64,000 nt of DNA from positions 11,098,001-11,162,000 of the forward strand of contig NC_087436.1 in NCBI RefSeq assembly GCF_036321535.1, written 5' to 3'. Of the stretch, positions 48,859 to 62,396 are shown one piece after another. A model generated the notes under the pieces. The model was not told the origin of the DNA. It saw nothing but the letters and a program-made list of their open reading frames with translations, and did no database searches. Each line of letters begins with the position of its first letter. Positions within the stretch are counted from its first letter, which is position 1. The stretch is from Camelus dromedarius (lineage: Eukaryota). A program made the position numbers and the translations under genes.

Positions 48859-50927
48859 ATACTATATATAGGAAATCCTAGAAGTTCCACACAAAAACTA
48901 CTAGAGCTAACAAAAGAATTCAGCAAGGTAGCAGGATACAAGATTAATGTACAAAAATCAGTTGCGTTTCTTTACACTAACAATAAATCAACAGGAAAAG
49001 AAAATAAAGAAACAATCCTTTTTAAAATTGCACCCAAAGTAATAAAATACCTAGGAATAAATCTGACCAAGGAAGTGAAAGACTTATACATGGAGAACCA
49101 CAAAACATTGATTAAGAAAATTAAAGAAGATCTAAAGAAATGGAAAGATATCCCATGCTCTTGGATTGGAAGAGTCAATATTGTTAAAATGGTCACACTG
49201 CCCAAGGCAATCTACAGATTTAATGCAATCCCTATCAAATTACCCAGGACATATTTCACAGAACTAGAACAAATCATATTAAAATTTCTATGGAATCACA
49301 AAAGACCCAGAATTGCCAAAGCATTACTGAAGAAAAAAAAGGCTGGAAGAATAATCCTCCTAGACAATACTACAGAGCTACAGTCATCAATACAGCATGG
49401 TATTGGTACAAAAACAGACATATAGACCAATGAAACAAAATAGAGAGCCCAGAAATAAATCCACAGACCTATAGTTAATTAATCTTTGACAATGGAGAAA
49501 AGACAGTCTCTTCAGCAAGTGGTGTTGGGAAAACTGGATAGCAGCATGTAAACCAATGAAATTAGAACACTCCCTCACTCCACACATAAAAATAACTCAG
49601 AATGGCTTAAAGACATAAACACAAGACAAGCCACAATAAATCTCCCAGAAGAAAACATAGGCAAAACATTTCACATACATCTCAGCAATGTTCTCCTAGG
49701 GCAGTTTACCCAAGCTATAGAAATAAAGCCAAAAATAAACAAATGGGACCTAATTAAATTTACAAGCTTTTGCACAGCAAAAGAAGCCATATGCAAAACA
49801 AAATGACAACCTACAGAATGGGAGAAAATATTTGCAAAAGATGAGACTGACAAGGGGTTGATTTCCAGAATATATAAACAGCTCACACAACTTAATAACA
49901 AAAAAAACAAACAATCCAATCCAAAAGTGGGCAGAAAACCTAAACAAGCAATTCTCCAATGAAGACATATGAATGGCCAATAGGCACATGAAAAAATGCT
50001 CAACAGTGCTAATTACTGGAGGAATGCAAATCAAAGTACAATGAGGTATCACCTCACACCAGTCAGAATGGCCATCATTCAAAAGTCCACAAATGATAAA
50101 TACTGTAGAGGCTGTGGAGAAAAGATAAGCCTCCTACACTGTTGGTGGGAACATAGTTTGGTACAGCCATTATGGAAAACAGTATGGAGATTCCTCAAAA
50201 ACTAAAACTAAACTTATCATATAATCTAACAATCCCATTCCTTGGCATATATCCAGAGGGAACCTTAATTCAAAAAGACACATGCACTCCAATGTTGATA
50301 GCAGCACTATTTACAATAGCCAAGACATGGTAACAACCTAAATGTCCATTGACAGATGACTGGATAAAGAAGCTGTGGTGTACTTACACAATGGAATGAT
50401 ACTTGGTCATAAAAAAAGAATAAAATAATGCCATCTGCAGCAACATGGATGAACCTGGAGAACGTCATTCTAAGTGAAGTAAGCCAGCAAGAGAAAGAAA
50501 AATACCACATGGCATCACTTTTATGTGGAATCTAAAAAAAAAAAAAAAGACAAATGAACTTACATATAAAACAGAAACAGACTCAACAGACATAGAAAAC
50601 AAATATGGTTACCGGGGGGAAGGGGGTGGGAAGAGATAAATTGGGAGTTTAAGATTTGCAGATACTGACAGGTATACATAAAATTGATAAACAAGTTATA
50701 CTGTATAGCACAGGGAACTATATTTAATATCTGGTAGTAGCTTACAGTGAAAAAGTATATGAAAATGAATATATGTATATTCATGTATGACTGAAGCAAT
50801 GTGCCATGCCCCAGAAATTGATACAACATAGATAGTAAACTATACTTCAATTAAAATAATAATAATAACAACAACAACAACAATAATAATAATAATAAAA
50901 GACAATACCATTAGTAAAAAAAAAGCC
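48859..50927 (+). mobile_element. 5'-truncated young L1 (distal ORF2, 3' UTR, tail)
   Basis: ORF 49075..49425 ([18 protein letters not shown]...[11 protein letters not shown]) and 49996..50205 are L1 ORF2; TSD ttcagcattcag (48847-48858 and 50928-50939). Confidence 0.9.
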
Positions 50928-51259
50928 TTCAGCATTCAGGCAAGCTCTTCTCTACCTGATTATTTTACAAAAATCTTCCTTGGCTATGCTATTCTCACTC
51001 AATTCATTCATTCAATAGATATTTATTAAGCAACAAAGACACACCAAACCCTAATGACCCAAATGGATGAAAATCCTATCTTCGTGGAGCTTATAACCCA
51101 GTAATAGAGTTACTGCCATTTTTTAATTTATAGAGAATTGGTTTATATAACTTAAAGGCATGGACTCATATCCTTGTAAATATAATTAGTGAGTGATTCA
51201 TCTATGTTGGTACCAACAGGTTTTACTACTTGGTTCTCTTTTGGTGCTTTTTTTCTTAC

Positions 51260-51504
51260 CCACTTTTCTTTTCCCCTGGAAAGGGTCAGTCATTGATGTT
51301 GGTAGGTCATAGAGAATTTTGCCTTTCATAAGTGGAAGGCTGTCAAAAAAGTCCTTGAACCAAAACAACGACTCTATCCCTTCAAACCTCCAAAATTATC
51401 ACACTTGTATTACAGTTATGGTCCCATACACATCATTTAACTCCTCAGCAAGATTATACCCCTGTAGGGCTCGGACCCGACATGAATTACGCCGATTGGC
51501 ACCC
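51260..51504 (-). pseudogene. Candidate exon: ...GYNLAEELNDVYGTITVIQV**FWRFEGIESLFWFKDFFDSLPLMKGKILYDLPTSMTDPFQGKRKV
   Basis: Donor GG|gtaaga; 81 codons with two adjacent stops; exon start uncertain (51504 or 51461). Confidence 0.4.
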
Positions 51505-52699
51505 CTGTGACACTGACACCCTTTAATCAGACTCTGGGAGATAGGAAAATGACTTCCTTTGAGACTAGCTTTTGGGTGGGACATTGCGGGAATTACAACA
51601 TCACTCTAGTCTTTTAAGTACGCTACACATTTGAGCTGATTCTCTCAAAATGAGAGTGGTATTGCAATTAACTATGAATTTCATAAGTAGTCTTCTAATA
51701 CAAGAATTTAATACAGATTTTTTAATGACCAAGGCCCAGGGCTAAGGTCACAGGGAAGGTGAGGGCCTGACAGGTTCTGACCCCGTCACAGGCGGACTAG
51801 CCCCCAAGGCCGCGCTGCTTTTCATCAAACTCAGGCGGACGCCAATGCTGATTGCCAGGAGTTCTTCTGTTTGTAGGAATTGACTTAAGTCACTCAAGAT
51901 CTTTATTGTAATGATGACTGACACCTAAAGTGTCTCTCTAGGAAGAATTTTCCTGCTCTGATGTTCAAAAATCTATGTCACAAGCTCCAAGAAAACGTGC
52001 CAGATGGTAAGGACCAGCAGAGAATTGAAGGCAGCTAAGGACTGCTCTGCCCCTTATTAAGTGAGATTTTGAAACGGGATAGGGCAGTTGGGGGAACACC
52101 TGCAAAAGATAGAGTCTATTTGCCACATAGGAATATGAAATAACAATTTGACTTTCTACGATACAAAACAGTTATGTTTGATAAAGGTATTTATCCTGAG
52201 TAACTGGGTAGGACCAAAGCTAGGTAATTGCCTCACTGTAACAGAAGACAGTGAAAAACAAGGGAAGAATAGAAAATATCATCTTTTATGTTGATATTTC
52301 ATTTCACTTCAGCGTGTGGGCTTACATTCTCCCAGCGATTAAGGTGTATTTACTTGTATCTATATGAGATGGAGGAGGAGTGACAGGAAAGATAGAGCTT
52401 TGTGTGGAAAAAGTAATTCTTTTTGTACAAAATGAATTCTGTGTTTCCAGATGCATTTTATTCTCCTGCTGCAAATACCTGGCTTTTTTGTTTGCTTGTT
52501 TATTCTACTTCCATGAGAGCTATTATAATTGCCATTGAAGAAAATTCAATTAATTGCAACAAATATCTGTTAAGCGCTGTATGAAGCTCCACAGGGGACA
52601 CAAAGATGGGTAAGGGAGGTTCGTTTGCCAAAGAGTTTGTCATCCAGAGGGAGAAAATGTTTAAGAGCAATCATATCACAAAGTAGAAGGAAGCATCAT

Positions 52700-52900
52700 T
52701 GGAGCCTGGCTGCCCAGGTCCTGATTCCTGGCCTGTGATTCCCAGAAGCTCTCAGTGCGGGCTGTTTCCATGACCTGGTGGTGTCTCCCTGCCTTCACCT
52801 GGAAAATGGAAGAAACAAGAGAATGTGTATCACAAGATTTGTTTGAGGATTAAAAGAGTGAATACATGCAAGTTCTTAATACTGGCACATTAGAGCAATC
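52700..52900 (+). mobile_element. MIR SINE (another MIR near 53690-53810)
   Basis: cacctggaaaatggaa...tgaggattaaaagagtgaatacatgcaag. Confidence 0.5.
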
Positions 52901-54699
52901 CCTGTTGGCTACCACTATTATTAGCAATATTTAACTGCTATGATATTTCAAAGGAAAGAGATACTGAATTCCATTTAAAGGATCATAAACTATTTGGGGA
53001 AAGAAAGTGCAGCATTTGGAATGGATCTTAAAAAGATGGGCATACTTTTGAGAGGGGAGGAGGGTGTAGTGGAAACTTGGATTTGAATAACTGGAGAGTG
53101 AGATGTCAGTAAGACACCCACGCAGGCATTTGGAAATGTTTCAGGCTGACCCGTTTAGAAGTCGAAATACCAAATTGTGATCAGAAACAATTTGCACACA
53201 TGGAGTTTTGGCTTCTAAAACTTTTCGAAGGCTGAAATGCTAGGTTGTTAAACAGCTTTCCTGTAATCACATAATTCACCATTTGTAAGGGTGAAACCTA
53301 ATTCATGATTTCTGATACATTTTTTTTAATCAGGCTTCAGAGAGTCCCTTCATAAAAGTAAAGTAAAAAATATTCACCAGTCCTGCCAAAAAGTGTGATT
53401 CCCACCTAGAGTGTCACCATGGATGGACTTCCTAGACACTTGAGTCTCTCTCACTCCTAAGTGATGCTCCATAGCTCTTTTTATTTTGGTGGGTGGAGGG
53501 CCCCACCTGAAAGGAAGATGAGTGTAACTGACCTGCTTGAGTTCTAATCCAGACTTGTGACCCCATGATGACTATCCAGCAACCGTAAGTATAGCCCCCT
53601 CTGCCTTTTTTTTAAAAGAAATGAGTTAGATGAAAACAAATTGCTACATTAATTAGACCAAGGGGCTTTGTGCCAAATACCAAAGCAGAAGGCACCATCA
53701 TTTCCTTATTTGGAAAATGGAGATAGTACTTGCGTCCCCTTCACAGGGTGCTTGTGAAGATTAAATGAGATAATCCGTGTAAAAGCTGAATACAGTGTCT
53801 GGAAATAAACATGCTATTTTGGTTTGATGCCAGCTGACCAGGGTATATGTGGCATATAAAATTGTCCCCAGAAACAACCACAAGCTAACTGATTACACAC
53901 TAAAAGGAGACAAAAATGTGTAAAACTGCCACTGAAATGTAGGGAAATGTATTCATTAGTTCAGATTGGGGTGTTTCTACACTGCATGTGTGATATTGTA
54001 AGCCATCAAATCAAGTGTTGTTGTTTGCTTTTCAGAAAAATAAAAGTATTTTATGCATGCAAACACTCTCTTCCTGATCTAAGAGTTTTGTGATGTTAGA
54101 TGATTTTATGTTGAGGGCATGTTTGTGTACTGTATTGTGACTAAAGTTGAAATAGGTTATTTTCCACCTGAAAAATGCATTTCAAATATAAGTTGTCCCC
54201 GAGCCAGCTGCAGGTTTTGAAGCCATTTTATATTGCCAGATCCCCCATCAAAAAAATTGTAAGCCACCAGCAAGAGCATTTTACAATTCATTAACCTTCT
54301 TCATTCAAATCACTCTACATCACTTTGATTTTTGAATAAATACAACACTAGAATTCTATTTTCCATCAAATTTATAGCAACATCTGAGAAATAACCCTCA
54401 GTTTTGCATCATTTAGATTTGAGTTTTAGCACTATTATAAATAGACCTTGAACTAAGATTGTTCTCTTATACAAAGGGACTACTAGTGTTTTTGATCTAC
54501 ATGAAGAGAAATGACAGAGAATTAAGCAATTGAAAATACCCCTAATTTAAGAATAACACAAATAATTGTGCTATTTAATCACACTAGCATTCTGTCTTAC
54601 TTCTGCTACAGTAATTAGTATTATCAGTGTTTCCCATTCTATATTCTCTCACACAAGTTGTTTTCTCTTGTGTGAAACACCACTCAACTTAACTTCTCC

Positions 54700-54844
54700 A
54701 TTTTTTGTTGTTTTTTTTTAGGCGGGGCAGATAATTAGGATTATTTATTTATTTATTTTTTCAATGGAGGTACCAGGGATTGAACCCAGGACCTCCTGTA
54801 TGCTAAGCTTGTGCACTACCATTTGAGCTATACCCTTTCCCCCC
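54700..54844 (-). mobile_element. tRNA-derived SINE (Vic-1-like)
   Basis: gggattgaacccaggacctc...gagctataccctttcccccc. Confidence 0.85.
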
Positions 54845-54949
54845 ATCTTCCTCCTCTATTTACAGCTAAGAAGTAGAGGACAATCTCTAAGCAACTCATT
54901 CTACTTGATGGCATTTTCTTCTTCTCAGTCTCCTATTATTATTCATTTT

Positions 54950-55420
54950 TATAATCAAACTTTTAATTTCAAAATAATTTAGATTCATGGAAATTATAAC
55001 ACAGAGTGGAGAGATCCCATGTAACCTTGACCCAGGTTTCCCCAACAGCAACATTGTGAAAAATTGTAGCACAATAATGGCAACCAGAATGTTGACATGG
55101 AGAGAGTCAAGACACAGAATGTTCTGTCTCCGCAACACCTTCCTTTCCACCCCCATCCTTTCCTTAACTCCTGGTGATTTGTTCTCCAGTTCTATAATTT
55201 TGTCATTTCAAAATGTCATATAAATGGAATCACATAGTATGTGACTTTGGTGATTGCTTTTTTTTTTTTTTTCACTCAACATAATTCCTGGAGATTGACC
55301 CAAGTTGTGCATATCAGTAGTCTGTTCCTTTTTCTTGCTGAGTAGTATTCCATGGTGTGGATATATGACATTTGCTTAATGATTCACCTGCTGAAAAATG
55401 TCTTGGTTGTTTCCATTAAT
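54950..55420 (-). mobile_element. L1MC-like 3' end
   Basis: ttttgtcatttcaaaatgtcatataaatggaatc...tgctgagtagtattccatggtgtggata. Confidence 0.7.
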
Positions 55421-56382
55421 TGATCTTAAATTCTACTTAACACTTGTAAAGCTTCTATATTATACTTATCCTCTACTGTTTCTACAGCCTACTGGGGCTT
55501 TAGACCATCACGTGCCATAAATGCAGTGTCCTTTATACTTTTCAAACATGGTTTTTCTTATTTAGTAGCATCTCCCTTGACTTAGATCCTATTGGACTAC
55601 CTTTTTGCATCTATCCAGGGGTTATTTTTATGCATCCAAATCAAAAGAAAGGACTGCCCACGTTCTCTGTTGAAGAGCAGGGGAGAAACCATGACCACAG
55701 ACACCACAGAGAGAATAGCTCCGCTGGTCCCTAACTCATACATGCTCCTCTTTGCCAAAAAAGGACCTGGATATTGGTCATGGTCCACCAACAGAAAAAA
55801 AAGAAGGAAATTGTCCATGCTTATCCCAGAGACAAAAGGAGTAAATGAAACAAGCAGTGGTTTCCTGTGCTGGACCAACGATTTCCCAAATGTTTCCACT
55901 CAACCAATATTGATGGGGTGGCCCATCACCCTGCTAAATATTGTGGGCATGGGCTCTATGACACCAAGACCACACAGTTTTCTGTCTTCACCAGGAACTC
56001 AAATGGAAAGAGCAGATGAGAATAATGATCTCTTACTGGTCAGTGATTGAATGTTAACAAATGCATTGTCTGATGGCCTGGGGACGTCCCACTTCAAAAA
56101 GAGCTCCTCAGCCAATGTCACCTCTGGTGGGAGGGGACCTACATAAAACCATCACTTTTCATAAAGGCTCTCAGACAAGTTATATGCTCATTGGGGAGAA
56201 TATCCCTTAGTTAGGATATGTATTAAGGATCTAATAGGTGATATTTGCAAGGCATTATGAAAATACTCCCTTTAACCTTCCTTAACCAGAGTTCAAAACC
56301 ATTGAATGTGAATGTCATATAGGTCCTAAAAGGGACTTACTTCACTTAGAAAATATTGAAATGGCCACGTGATCTTTCTTAC

Positions 56383-58588
56383 TTTCAGTCTTTACATTAT
56401 TCATCACTGTCCAGTTGATTTAAATACAAACGGACCACGCTGACAATTGCAGTGCCTGAGTCATCCTGATTCAAGCAGTTTTGCTTATCTGTATGGATTT
56501 AATGATTGCAAAACCCAGTCAGGAAGCTGCAGAATTTTAACCTTAGTGCTGGGGTGGGGGCGGGGCGCGGTCTCTGCACGGGTTCTTTTGAATGCTGCGG
56601 AGAAACTCACTCTGGGGAAGAACAAAGAAAAATCACTAATGGGAAAATTTTCCCACTAGACTTTTTAATTTAATTTAATTTAATTTTATTTTATTTTATT
56701 TTATTTTTTTTGGATATAAATTAAACAAGAATATACCATGGCTGTTAAAACTGTTTCTTAGAGATTTTAAAGATGCTCTTCCCTCATAGCTTTTAAGTGA
56801 CCCATTAGTTGGGGAGGAAAGTGAGGAAAGAATAATATTCTTCTAACTCCATTTGTCTGGTGAAGAAATCCGTCCTCTGCATGATTACGTACTGATGGAA
56901 CATTATCAAGCCCAATCTTTAATGAGCCATAACAAAATGAAATACTCGGAGGACTGATGAGCAGAAGACCCAGAAGAAAAAAAAAAAAAATCGCAACTAC
57001 CTGCTCTGATCACCATTAAAGCAAATGAGAATATAGCCCATTTTCAGAGGAATTAATTTGTGTGATGGACAGCCAACCAGAATTCTTTTGGCAGGGTTAT
57101 CCTTTCTTTAAACATCCAGTTATTGCTTTGGGCACAGAAAACATATTTGCACTCAGCAGTCATTTAGCAAAAGAGCTGAAAAACAAAGAGTCAGGCTGAG
57201 AGCTACTGTCTACTTTCACCTACAGAGTCTGTGACTAAACACCGTTCAGGTACAAATATAGAATTTTTCAAACCAAATTAGGGAGGACCATCATCGTTCT
57301 TGCCAAACTCGCAGCTTGCAGGAACTGTGTCACTTGGCTCTGATGGGCAAGCTGGTTTTTTTCTTTCCTGTTATAGATCAGGATATTCTTACCAGCTGCC
57401 AGGTTTTTAACTGCATTTTTTAAAACTCCGTGTGTGTCCAAAGCACCTTGTTGTTATTGTCTCATTTGCTTATAATAATAATGATAATAATCTGATGTTG
57501 AGTAGAAAGAAATCAATCAAGCAGAGGAGGCTCAGGCAGCCCACAATTCAACATCAAGCATGTGGTAGAGAACGTTTTCTAGAAAGCAAGCGCTGAGTGA
57601 AAGCTTCACAGGGCAGGTGGGGACTTGAGTGTGGCCTTGAGGTTCGAGTAGAACAAACCCTGTGAGACAGATGGAAGGCTTTCCAGCACGAGGAAAGATG
57701 CAGAGGCGAGAATGGGCTCGTCTGTGCGCTCACAGACTTACCCCCATAGCTGACACACACCTGCTGCTCGGTAAACATCCGAGGACTGTGAAGCAGTTAA
57801 TATTAATAACAAATGCAGATAATATGGACATAGGGATGGTCCTGGATCCTCCGGTCTGCCGAAGCCACACAGAGAGCTTTAACACAAGGCAGTAGACAAG
57901 GACGTGCACCACCGGTACCGTCCACCGCTCTGCAGTTAAATAGGACCGTCACCCCCAAGAGTGAGTGACATTGCTGGACCATGACACATGACACAGCAAG
58001 CATCTTAATTCTTACTGCGAGAATTTTCCACCAAACAATTCACCCATCCTGAGCAACCATCCAATGATGTAGCGTTGCTGTATCAGAATCAAGGTATCCA
58101 AGAGAGCTCTGCCCTGAGCCTTGGCCAATGGGGCTTTCTCTCCAAACCAGCCCCTCCATTTAAGAATAATGTGAATTAAAGAGCCATGAGCAAAGTTCGA
58201 TGAGAAAGGCATAATTTTCATCTGCATGGGGACTAGGTAACGCTCGAATCCCACACCCCACCAGCTGGCATGAGAGCATTGCTCACTATGGACCACAGAG
58301 CCATTTCTGGGGTTCTTTCTCGACTTTAAATGGTCCCCACAGAGGATCGAACTGGGCTTTTTAGCATTTATTGGGTAGATTGGCCAAAGGTTTATGTTTC
58401 TGTGCCTTGATTTTAGAGCAGATGGTTAATGAATGTGCTGGTGTGTGTATGCGTGTGTTCCAACGACTTTCTCTAAAAAGTGAGCCAGAAATTAAATTGA
58501 ATGATTTTACTTACCTGCGGCTCTCAGGTATGTCACTACCTATGAGCATCATAGCTCGCAAAGAGGGCAGTGATCTCTCAGGTGGTGT
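56383..58588 (-). pseudogene. Cluster of five candidate exons: 58515-58588, 58016-58221, 57742-57929, 57393-57491, 56383-56488
   Basis: All five donors are gtaag(t/a). The last three junctions are phase compatible (KFSQ|AVDG, VSYG|DYYH, NLAA|DKQN). Stops and a probable frameshift are present. Confidence 0.4.
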
Positions 58589-58618
58589 CTAATTTTTCTA
58601 TTATGTTAAAAAATCCCA

Positions 58619-58754
58619 GAGGGGGAAGGGTACAGCTCAGTTTTAGAGCACATGCTTAGCATGCACGAGGTCCTGGACTCAATCCCCAGTACCTCCATTA
58701 AATTAATTAATTGACTTAATTACCTCCCTCCCAAAAAAGCTTTTAAAAAGGATT
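58619..58754 (+). mobile_element. tRNA-derived SINE (Vic-1-like)
   Basis: gggtacagctcag...gcatgcacgaggtcctgg; TSD aaaaatccca. Confidence 0.85.
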
Positions 58755-60669
58755 TTAAAAATCCCACTTTAATATATGGTAAATATTGCGTATGTTGAAA
58801 TATTAACAATTCTGCTTGGCTTCCGCAAAACGCACCCACCAGAAGAATGACGTCACACACACTCTGCCATTGTCCTGGTTTCCTCTCCCCTCTCCTGTCA
58901 CTCCTCATGATCTGCTTCTCTGTAGGTTTATTAGGCAAAAAGTAGGTGGGACACTGCATGTCCTTTATACCTTGTTTTCCCCCTGAACTCATTGACCTGA
59001 GCCAAATTTGCTGTTTTAATAATTCTAGTACCGGGGACAGGATAAGCAACAGCGTGGACCTCCCCTAGGACCTAATCTCGTCTGCGATGTTTCTGAACTC
59101 AGGAGCTCACAAACTGTTCTGTGAAGTACTGGCAGGAGTGAGGGATGAAGAGCCCTTCAAAACCCCAATGGAAAAACCAAAAGCATCCCTGGTGACAAAT
59201 ATAGGAGAAAGAGTTATAATTCTTTATTCCACATTTAAATGTTTCGGTGTAGCATTATAGAATGATATATCCTCCCAAATGTCAACATGACTCTGAGGCA
59301 TGGCGTAAGTTGTAGAATATGTTCTGTTGCACTTCAGAAATGTTTAGGATGGTCACTGAGATGGGCGGATAGACACAGAGACAGAAACAGAGAGAGAGCA
59401 GATATGCAGTCTCTCATCAGGTACGATATGTCAACCTGACAAGAAGGGTATGCCTGAAAACCAGCCTAAGAGGCACGTTTGTGGGAAAGACTTCTTTGCA
59501 TCATGCCCTTGACCCAATCACCTCACTTCCTACCTCCAAGTCTCATCTTCCTAATATGTTTTCTTCCCTGTGTTCCTGCCTACTTGGGGAGGCCCAGCCT
59601 GTGAGGGCTATGTTCTTTTTGCGTTGCTTTTCCATAATTCTTTTTTTTTTTTTTGTCTTGGTAAACATCATCTGCAGTTTTTATAAACCGAACTGAATAC
59701 TCAGTGGTGGGAAGCTACCCAGAAGCAGAACACAGCAGGCTCCAGCAAGATCTCCCAAGACCCAAGAACCCCCTCCTCCAAACTGAGTACGTTCAGCCAC
59801 TGGAGGTCGCCATTGCTCCAATTAAGTGGGACAGCATTTTTAAAGTGCCGTTATGTGTAAGAAATGGGCAACACCAGGTCAGCTGGCTTAAGCAAAAGAA
59901 ACAAATTCACAAACCGAGTCCTCCACCTCCACAGTTTACCAAGGTCTTGTTATGTCTCCAGATCAGTTATATCAGTCTTACCAGGTACACTCAAAAACCA
60001 GTATTCCCTACATAGTGAGCACTTCAAGCTAGCCCTCTCAGATTTGTAGGAGATAAAGTGGGTGGAACCCACCGGAGGCTCCCTGTCTACTGCAATACGC
60101 ATTTTCTTAACCACTTGAAATAGCCTTATGCCTGCTCATTACGTACAAGATATTGTATATATTTAAATGCAGATTATTTAGAAATGGCCTTCTGTTTTAC
60201 TTTTAATTATTCCTAGTCTTTCTAAACAAGAAATGAGTTGGTAATTTAATATAAGAATGACAGGGACTGGGTCTTTTCCAGTCTGCCCCATGCCTGGCAT
60301 TCAGTACAGTTTATTGAACACAAACATAAATGAATGAGTGCATGACTGGATGAGTGAATGAAAGCAAATGAAGCAAATCACCTGCAAGTTGGTACAAAAA
60401 GTTACATGAGATATGCCCTAGAGTATGGCCTATAAATGAGGATCCTTGCTGAAAAATAATTTTACTTATATAATTCCATAAAGGTTTCTCCCCTCCCCCC
60501 CAAAAAAAACAGTGGCAGAAACAACACACAATGGGGAAGTTTGTACAACAGCTGCAACATTCTATAGTCTATTAAGATACTTATCCAAGACAAAAACATA
60601 TAATCATCAGGGCAAGGAGAAATGGTCACATTTACAGAATTGGTGAGGATGAGCTAAGCAAGTGAAGAA

Positions 60670-61000
60670 GTGTAAGATTATGCTACGTAACAAACAACCC
60701 CCAAATCTCAGTGCCTTAAAACAACAAAAGGGAGAAATAATTTCTGCCCTATGTGACAGGTCTGTAAGTCACAGAGGGGCTGAGTTTTCCGCTTAAGGTT
60801 TTCCACACTAAGGCTGGCTGGGAGAGCAGCCACCGTGAAAATTGTCCAGTCATCATGACCAAGAGAAGGAGCAGTCTTTAAATGGCAATTAAATGCTCTG
60901 GTGCAGAAATGCCGGTCACTTGATCACAGGCAATGCACTCTTACCTTGTGTCCAGGAGAGAAAGGAAGCTGAAATACCTTACGAACAATGACCACCAAGT
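60670..61000. mobile_element. MLT1-like (MaLR) LTR fragment
   Basis: ttatgctacgtaacaaacaacccccaaatctcagtgccttaaaacaacaaa. Confidence 0.55.
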
Positions 61001-61892
61001 TCAGAAAGTAAGTCCTGGCTGATTTCCATTAGAACAATAGAATTCTATATTCTTCTTAAAAGAATAATGAGCTTAAGATGTACTTAAACCTTAGCAACTT
61101 CATTTTCTTGGATTGTAAGTAAGAAAAAGCTGCCTGAAAGCTCAGCATGGAGTCTCTCATGCTTTCGGTGATGCTTCCAACACAGGCAGGATCTCAGTGC
61201 CCGCAAGGGATGCAGAACTGCAGAGACGGGCACTTCAGGTACACAGTTGTGTACAAGAGCAGAGGCACTAGGGGACAAAGAGTTTAAAGGCTCCTACAGA
61301 TGTTTAAGGATTTCTAGAAGGGAAAATGGGGTGTGTGTGTGCTCGTGTGCACACGCACGCTCACAATTCACCTGGCTGCTCTTTCGAGGAACCAAGAGAA
61401 ATGACGTACAGCCCAGTAAAGAGAAAGAAGAGGGTGGCCTAGGTTGTAAATTCAAGGAACTTCAGGAAGGATATTTAAACACTGAATATTGAATATCTCT
61501 TTGCAGGAGTCAACCAAGATTGATGAGAAGACAGTGTGAAGAGGGCAGAATTTATAACCCATGAATGTTCCCAGCCTCCACCCTCTGCAGCGAGGAGAAA
61601 GAGGGGCCACCTGCTTCCGTCCCTCCCTCCCCTCCCCCTTCTGACAAACTAGTTCAAGGACCCTTGAAAAGGACTGAAGCTAAGAAGACAAAAGAAGAGG
61701 GGGAGCCTATGTAGAGAAGGAAATGCAAGTAAGAAAGTGAAAAAGAACAAAGGTGAAGGAGAAAGAGAAAGAGGTGTCAAAAGAGGGCCAGCGTGGGGTT
61801 TGGAGGAAAAAAAGATTGATCCTGTGACCTTCCGCTGTGCACTGGGGGTGGAAGGTCACAGATGAGAGGCTCCATGTAAAATGGTACGAAAG

Positions 61893-62361
61893 AATGGAAT
61901 GTTACTCAGCCATGAAAAAGAATAAAATAATGTCATGTGCTACATCACAGATGGACCTGGAGATCGTCATTCTGAGTGAAGCAACTCAGACAGGAAGAAA
62001 AACACCATGCGATACTACTTTATGTGGAATCTTAAAAAAAGACAAATGAACTTATTTATGAAACAGGAACAGACTCACAGACATAGAAAGCAAATTTATG
62101 GTTACCAAGGAGGGAAGAAGGTTGGAAGGGATAAACTGGGAGTTCAAGATTTTCAGACACTAGCCACTATATATAAAATAGATAAACAAGTTTTTCCTGT
62201 ATAGCACAGGGAACTATATTCAATATCTCGTAATAACTTACAATGAAAAAGAATCTGAAAAGGTATATATGTATGTGTATATGTGACTGAAACATGCTGT
62301 GCACCAGAAATTGACACATTGTAACTGACTCTATGTCAATAAAAAATAAATTATAAAAAAT
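61893..62361 (+). mobile_element. L1 3' end
   Basis: aatggaatgttactcagccat...gtatagcacagggaactatattcaatatc...tcaataaaaaa. Confidence 0.85.
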
Positions 62362-62396
62362 GGTATGAAAGAGAATTGTGAAGAAGAGGAGCTGAA

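Noticed and set aside
48972..50850. Multiple 60-116 aa ORFs
   Set aside because: Frameshifted L1 ORF2 fragments or their antisense; not host genes and not an active L1.
55592..56050. 152-aa plus-strand ORF
   Set aside because: Non-ATG start and no recognisable domain; it may be the antisense shadow of a minus-strand fossil exon.
15401..56465. Scattered AP-1 motifs (TGAGTCA)
   Set aside because: A handful of 7-mers in 64 kb is expected by chance.
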